NCBI GenBank assembly: GCA_963747235.1
Contig: CAVVEU010000033.1
Location: forward strand, 256,001-320,000
Direction of reading: 5' to 3'
Source: an uncultured Candidatus Rokubacteria bacterium
GTDB lineage: Bacteria > Methylomirabilota > Methylomirabilia > Rokubacteriales > CSP1-6
Length of the DNA: 64,000 nucleotides
In this document: one piece after another, positions 59,773 through 64,000 of the stretch
Numbering within the stretch: position 1 is the stretch's first letter
Layout: each line of letters begins with the position of its first letter
Notes under the pieces: generated by a model
The model's input: only the letters and a program-made list of their open reading frames with translations
The model's database searches: none
Told to the model about the DNA's origin: nothing
Position numbers and translations under genes: made by a program

Positions 59773-59807
59773 CCCCTCACCCTGCCCTCTCCCCGGAGGG
59801 GAGAGGG
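59773..59807 (+). repeat. REP-like hairpin, copy 7
   Basis: CCCCTCACCCTGCCCTCTCCCCGGAGGGGAGAGGG, directly before the ATG of the LLM gene. Confidence 0.85.
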
Positions 59808-59809
59808 GG

Positions 59810-61141
59810 TTAGCGGATGGCGATGATCGGGACCGCGGACATGCCGGGCACCAGGAGGTGCTGGGCGTTCTCGCCGCGCTCGAACACGAGCTTGACCGGC
59901 ACGCGCTGCACCACCTTCACGAAGTTGCCGGTGGCGTTCTCGGGCGGCAGCAGCGAGAACACCGCGCCGGAGCCGGCCTGGATCGAATCCACGCGCGCCT
60001 TGAAGGTCTTGCCCGGGTAGGTGTCCACCGTGACGGTGGCGCGCTGGCCCGGGCGCACGTGGGTCAGCTCGGTCTCCTTGTAGTTGGCGACGACCCACAC
60101 GTCGTCGAGATCCACCACCGCGAGGAGCGACTGCCCCACCGACACCACCTGGCCCATCTCCACCGACTTGCGGCTCACGCGGCCCGGCATCGGCGCGCGG
60201 ATCGTGCAGTAGACCAGGTTCAGCTCCGCCTGCGCCAGGTTGGCGAGGGCCTGGGCGAGCCGGCCCTGCCCCGCCTCCACCTGGGCCTGGCGCTGCCGCA
60301 CCTGCTGGCGCTGGCTGCGCGCGTTCTGGAGCGACGCGCGGCTCTCGTCCACCCGGCTCACCGACTGGCGGATGGCGGCCTGCTGGGTCCGCAGCGACGC
60401 CTCGGCCTGGACGACCTCGCTGCGCGCCTGATCGAACCGCTTGCGGGCCGCGTCGAGCACCGCCTCCGCGGTCTTGAACGTGGCGTCCGCGTGCTCCCAC
60501 TCCTGCTGCGCGACCAGGTTCGCCTTCACCAGCGACGCCATGCGGTCGCGATCGTTCTTGCTGCGCTCGTAGTCGGCCTGCGCGGCGCGCACCGACGCGT
60601 CGGCCGCCGCCACCGCGGCCTGCTTGGCCTGGAGCACGCCGCGACGCTCGTCCAGATCGTGCCGCGCCATCTCGGTGCCGAACTGGGTGGCCCCGAGCGC
60701 GGCGTCCGCCTGCTGGACCAGGCTGCGGGTGGATTCATCGGTCAGCGGCACGCCCGCGACCGCGGTCTCCAGATCGCCCTTGGCGCTCGCGACCGCGGCG
60801 CGCGCCTGCGCCACCGCGACCTCGTAGTCGCGCGGATCGAGGCGCACCAGCACCTGGTCCGCCTTCACGTCCTGGTTGTCGTTGACGAGCACCTCGACCA
60901 CGATGCCCGGAATGCGCGCGCTCATGGGCGCGATGCGGGCGGTGATGTACGCGTCGTCGGTGGAGATGTGGTAGTGCCAGTAGTAGAGCAGGTAGCCCGA
61001 GTAGCCGGCCAGGCCGAGCACCACCACCACGATCGCGAGGAGGAGATAGCGGCGGCGCGGCGGCCCGTCCTGATAGGTCGAGAACCGGGCGCGCAGCCGC
61101 CCGGATATTCCCTCCTGGTCCAGGTCGGTCATTGGTTTCAT
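59810..61141 (-). CDS. emrA: HlyD/EmrA-family membrane fusion protein
   Basis: STDDAY, ANYKET.L, FSLLPPENATGNFVKVVQRVPV. Confidence 0.9.
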   Translation of the reverse strand: MKPMTDLDQEGISGRLRARFSTYQDGPPRRRYLLLAIVVVVLGLAGYSGYLLYYWHYHISTDDAYITARIAPMSARIPGIVVEVLVNDNQDVKADQVLVRLDPRDYEVAVAQARAAVASAKGDLETAVAGVPLTDESTRSLVQQADAALGATQFGTEMARHDLDERRGVLQAKQAAVAAADASVRAAQADYERSKNDRDRMASLVKANLVAQQEWEHADATFKTAEAVLDAARKRFDQARSEVVQAEASLRTQQAAIRQSVSRVDESRASLQNARSQRQQVRQRQAQVEAGQGRLAQALANLAQAELNLVYCTIRAPMPGRVSRKSVEMGQVVSVGQSLLAVVDLDDVWVVANYKETELTHVRPGQRATVTVDTYPGKTFKARVDSIQAGSGAVFSLLPPENATGNFVKVVQRVPVKLVFERGENAQHLLVPGMSAVPIIAIR

Positions 61142-61144
61142 GCT

Positions 61145-61175
61145 TATAATGGCGGGCGGCACCGATCCCCGTCAA
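61145..61175. promoter_or_regulatory. Overlapping divergent promoter region
   Basis: TATAAT on + at 61145-61150; TTGACG on - at 61170-61175. Confidence 0.4.
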
Positions 61176-61178
61176 GCA

Positions 61179-62771
61179 ATGGCAGACGAGAACCCGCCGA
61201 CCGCCCCGCCCGCGGACGCCGCGGCCGAGTGGCGCCCCCGCTCGAGCCCGGTGCTCATCGCGATCTCCGTGATGCTGGGCACCTTCATGGAGGTGCTCGA
61301 CACCTCGGTCGCGAACGTGGCGCTGCCCCACATCGCGGGCAGCCTCTCGGCCACGCCCGAGCAGGCCACCTGGGTGCTCACGAGCTACCTGATCTCGAAC
61401 GCCATCGTGCTGCCGGTCACCGCGTGGCTCAGCGCCGCGTTCGGCCGCAAGCGCCTCCTGCTCACGTGCATCGTCATCTTCACGCTCGCCTCCGCCGCGT
61501 GCGGGGCCGCCATCAGCCTCGAGATGCTGATCCTGGCGCGCGTGATCCAGGGCATCGGCGGCGGCGCGCTCCAGCCGATCGCCCAGGCGATCCTGCTCGA
61601 GAGCTTCGACCCGTCCCGGCGGGGCCGCGCGATGGCCGCCTACTCGATGGGGGTGATCGTGGCGCCCATCATGGGCCCCACGCTCGGCGGCTGGATCACC
61701 GACAGCTACTCCTGGCGGTGGATCTTCTACATCAACCTGCCGGTCGGCTTCCTCGCCCTCGCGATGACGCAGACCTTCATCGAGGACCCGCCGTATCTCC
61801 AGCGCACCACGCTGCGCCGCATCGATTACTGGGGGCTCGCGTTCATGGCGATCTCGCTGGCCACGCTCCAGCTCGTGCTCGACAAGGGCCAGCAGGACGA
61901 CTGGCTCGCCGCGGTGTGGATCCGCTGGGTCCTCACCCTCTCCGCGGCCGCGATGGTGATCTTCGTCGTGCGCGAGCTGACGACGGACGAGCCCATCGTG
62001 AATCTGAGAATCCTGAGCGACCGCAACTTCGCGATCGGCACGCTCCTGATCACCGCGATGGGCATCGTCCTCTACGCCACCACCGCGATGCTCCCGCTCT
62101 TCCTCCAGACCCTGCTCGGCTATCCCGCGCTCGAGGCCGGGCTCGCGATCAGCCCGCGCGGCCTGGGCGCCCTGCTCGCCGCCATCACGGCGGGCCGCCT
62201 CATCGGCGTGGTGGATTCGCGCCTGATCGTCTCGGCCGGCTTCGGCCTGCTCGCGCTGTCCGGCATCTGGCTGAGCCGCCTCACCTTCGACGTGGCGTGG
62301 TCGAACATCGCGCTGGTCACCTTCGTGAACGGCCTCGCCAACCCCCTCATCTTCATCGCGCTCTCCACCATGTCCTTCGCCACGCTGCGGCGCGAGCAGA
62401 TGGGCGGGGCCACCGGCATCTACAACCTGATGCGCAATCTCGGCGGCAGCATCGGCATCTCGATGGCCACCACGCTCCTGGCGCGGCGCGCGCAGGTGCA
62501 CCAGAACGTCATGGTGGCGAAGATGACGCCCTACGACCCGGTCTACCAGCAGCGGCTGGAAGCGCTCCGGAAGGTGCTGACCCCCAAGGTGGGGGCGACC
62601 GCGGCCGCGCAGCAGGCAGTCGGCATCCTCTACAAGACGCTGGTGGCGCAGGCGACGCTACTGGCGTTCGTGGACAACTTCCGGCTGATCACGGTGCTGG
62701 CGCTCTGCTGCATCCCGCTGGCGGTGTTTCTCAGGCGCGCGCGAGCGCGACCGGCGCCCGGCGCGCACTGA
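61179..62771 (+). CDS. emrB: DHA2-family MFS efflux permease (EmrB)
   Basis: FMEVLDTSVANVALPHI, WVLTSYL, GPTLGGWITD..SWRWIFYINLP. Confidence 0.92.
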   Translation: MADENPPTAPPADAAAEWRPRSSPVLIAISVMLGTFMEVLDTSVANVALPHIAGSLSATPEQATWVLTSYLISNAIVLPVTAWLSAAFGRKRLLLTCIVIFTLASAACGAAISLEMLILARVIQGIGGGALQPIAQAILLESFDPSRRGRAMAAYSMGVIVAPIMGPTLGGWITDSYSWRWIFYINLPVGFLALAMTQTFIEDPPYLQRTTLRRIDYWGLAFMAISLATLQLVLDKGQQDDWLAAVWIRWVLTLSAAAMVIFVVRELTTDEPIVNLRILSDRNFAIGTLLITAMGIVLYATTAMLPLFLQTLLGYPALEAGLAISPRGLGALLAAITAGRLIGVVDSRLIVSAGFGLLALSGIWLSRLTFDVAWSNIALVTFVNGLANPLIFIALSTMSFATLRREQMGGATGIYNLMRNLGGSIGISMATTLLARRAQVHQNVMVAKMTPYDPVYQQRLEALRKVLTPKVGATAAAQQAVGILYKTLVAQATLLAFVDNFRLITVLALCCIPLAVFLRRARARPAPGAH

Positions 62772-62773
62772 TC

Positions 62774-63619
62774 CTACTTGGTGGGCTTGGCCGCCTCGGA
62801 TTCGAACTTGGAGAAGGTGGACAGCGCGCTGAGCGACTGCACGCCGGTGAGGCGCTCGGCGCCCATCACCCAGGTCGGGAAGATCTTCACCCCCGCCTTC
62901 TCGCACAGGTCCGGGCGGCCGTTGACCGTGTCCGCGGCGCACTCCACGTAGGGCACGTCCTTGGCCGCGTCGCCGAAGAGCGCCTTCTGCTCGGCGCAGT
63001 GCGGGCACCAGTGGGCGCCGTACATCACCGCGCCCTTCTCCCGCAGGTGCCGCGCCAGCGCGCCCTCGAAGCCGGCGGCGCCGCCGGCCGGCATCGCGAA
63101 GATGAAGGCGGCGCCGAGCGGCGCCAGGATCGCCGCGGCCAGCGCGCCGGGCACGAGCGCCGAGAGCTTCCGGCGGCCCGGCAAGGTGGCGCGCCGGCGG
63201 AGCAGCACCAGCAGGATGGCCACCGCGATCGCGCCCGAGGCCAGGCAATACGCGCAGGTGGCGTGGATGACGAGCACCGAGACCGCGGTCAGGTAGATCG
63301 AGACGCCCACGCCCGCGGCGGCCAGGTAGAAGGTCCAGGTCCAGCGCGCCGCGGTGAGCCCGAGCGCGGCCAGCGCTCCGATCGCCGCGTACATCAGCAC
63401 GCCCCAGAGCGCGGTCGGCACCCAGAGGAGCGTGCCGTAGCGGCTCCCCTGCACGATGTCGCATCCGCTCCCGGACAGGCAGAAGGCGGCGTTGCCGCCC
63501 AACCACTTGAGCCAGGTGAGGTAGGCGGCGATGGCGAAGCCGGCGGCGGCCAGGCCCAGGATCAGGACGTCGGGCCGGGCGGGGGCCACGGGGGTAACCT
63601 CGCGTTTTCGTGCGGCCAT
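62774..63619 (-). CDS. Vitamin K epoxide reductase (VKOR) fused to thioredoxin-like domain
   Basis: C-x5-CD.V..S.Y, CAYC, then YGA.WCPHC..QK.LFG and FPTW. Confidence 0.9.
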   Translation of the reverse strand: MAARKREVTPVAPARPDVLILGLAAAGFAIAAYLTWLKWLGGNAAFCLSGSGCDIVQGSRYGTLLWVPTALWGVLMYAAIGALAALGLTAARWTWTFYLAAAGVGVSIYLTAVSVLVIHATCAYCLASGAIAVAILLVLLRRRATLPGRRKLSALVPGALAAAILAPLGAAFIFAMPAGGAAGFEGALARHLREKGAVMYGAHWCPHCAEQKALFGDAAKDVPYVECAADTVNGRPDLCEKAGVKIFPTWVMGAERLTGVQSLSALSTFSKFESEAAKPTK

Positions 63620-63713
63620 ATCGGACGTAACAGTACCACAAGGCCCGCCGGGGGCCGCCGGTTGGACACCCGGATTGCGCCGGCGCGGGCAGGGGCGCTA
63701 CGCTAGCGGGACC

Positions 63714-64000
63714 ATGTTCCCACTCCCGCCCCTGACGGATGAGCAGCGCTCGGTGATCGATCGCGTGGCGACCCTCTCGCGCGAGCGCTTCGCGCCGCGC
63801 GCGGCCCGGTACGACGCCGACTCCACGTTCCCGTACGAGAACTACGCGGACCTGCACGCGGCCGGCCTCTTCGCGCTCACCGTCCCCCGCGAGTACGGCG
63901 GGGTCGGCGCCGATCCGGTCACCTACGTGCACGCCCTGCGCGAGATCGCCAAGGGCTGCTCGGCCACCGCGCTCACCTTCAACATGCACTCGACGGTGAC
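63714..64000 (+). CDS. Acyl-CoA dehydrogenase (3' partial)
   Basis: LTDEQ..FAPRA..D...FP, VPREYGG.G, SATAL..NMH. Confidence 0.85.
   Translation, partial: MFPLPPLTDEQRSVIDRVATLSRERFAPRAARYDADSTFPYENYADLHAAGLFALTVPREYGGVGADPVTYVHALREIAKGCSATALTFNMHSTV

Noticed and set aside
13141-59807. Hairpin repeats as a CRISPR array or rho-independent terminators
   Set aside because: Dispersed, with no regular spacers, no cas genes and no U-tracts
62774-63619. VKOR-thioredoxin fusion as a novelty
   Set aside because: Well-known architecture in cyanobacteria and plants
59768-63706. Very long antisense or alternate-frame ORFs (this 1312-aa one and many others)
   Set aside because: Expected from stop-codon scarcity at high GC. 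They are Arg/Ala/Gly-rich with no motifs and overlap well-supported genes

Overview
Very GC-rich (roughly 70%+ by eye), gene-dense bacterial chromosome segment. Gene content and style resemble Candidatus Rokubacteria/Methylomirabilota (inference only). About 70 CDS can be supported: metabolic enzymes, four ABC import clusters, a TonB receptor, Ku/LigD NHEJ, a divergent EmrA/EmrB pair and a VKOR-thioredoxin fusion. Many genes carry single-base frameshifts, most likely long-read assembly errors, so those coordinates are stitched from two or more frames. No rRNA, tRNA, CRISPR array or transposase was seen. The best candidate for an undescribed system is at 9.8-12.1 kb (minus strand). There an ECF sigma factor is translationally coupled to a three-domain protein: a zinc anti-sigma (ZAS) domain, an O6-alkylguanine alkyltransferase (PCHRV) and a C-terminal Ada-type four-Cys zinc domain. 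The same bipartite motif CCGTTTCACACC-N10-CGGTGTCTCA lies upstream of the sigma gene and upstream of two small downstream genes. This suggests an alkylation-sensing sigma/anti-sigma switch with its own mini-regulon. Also notable: a REP-like hairpin family (7 copies, one inverted pair inside ligD), three sigma54-type promoters before orphan genes, and two abruptly truncated genes.
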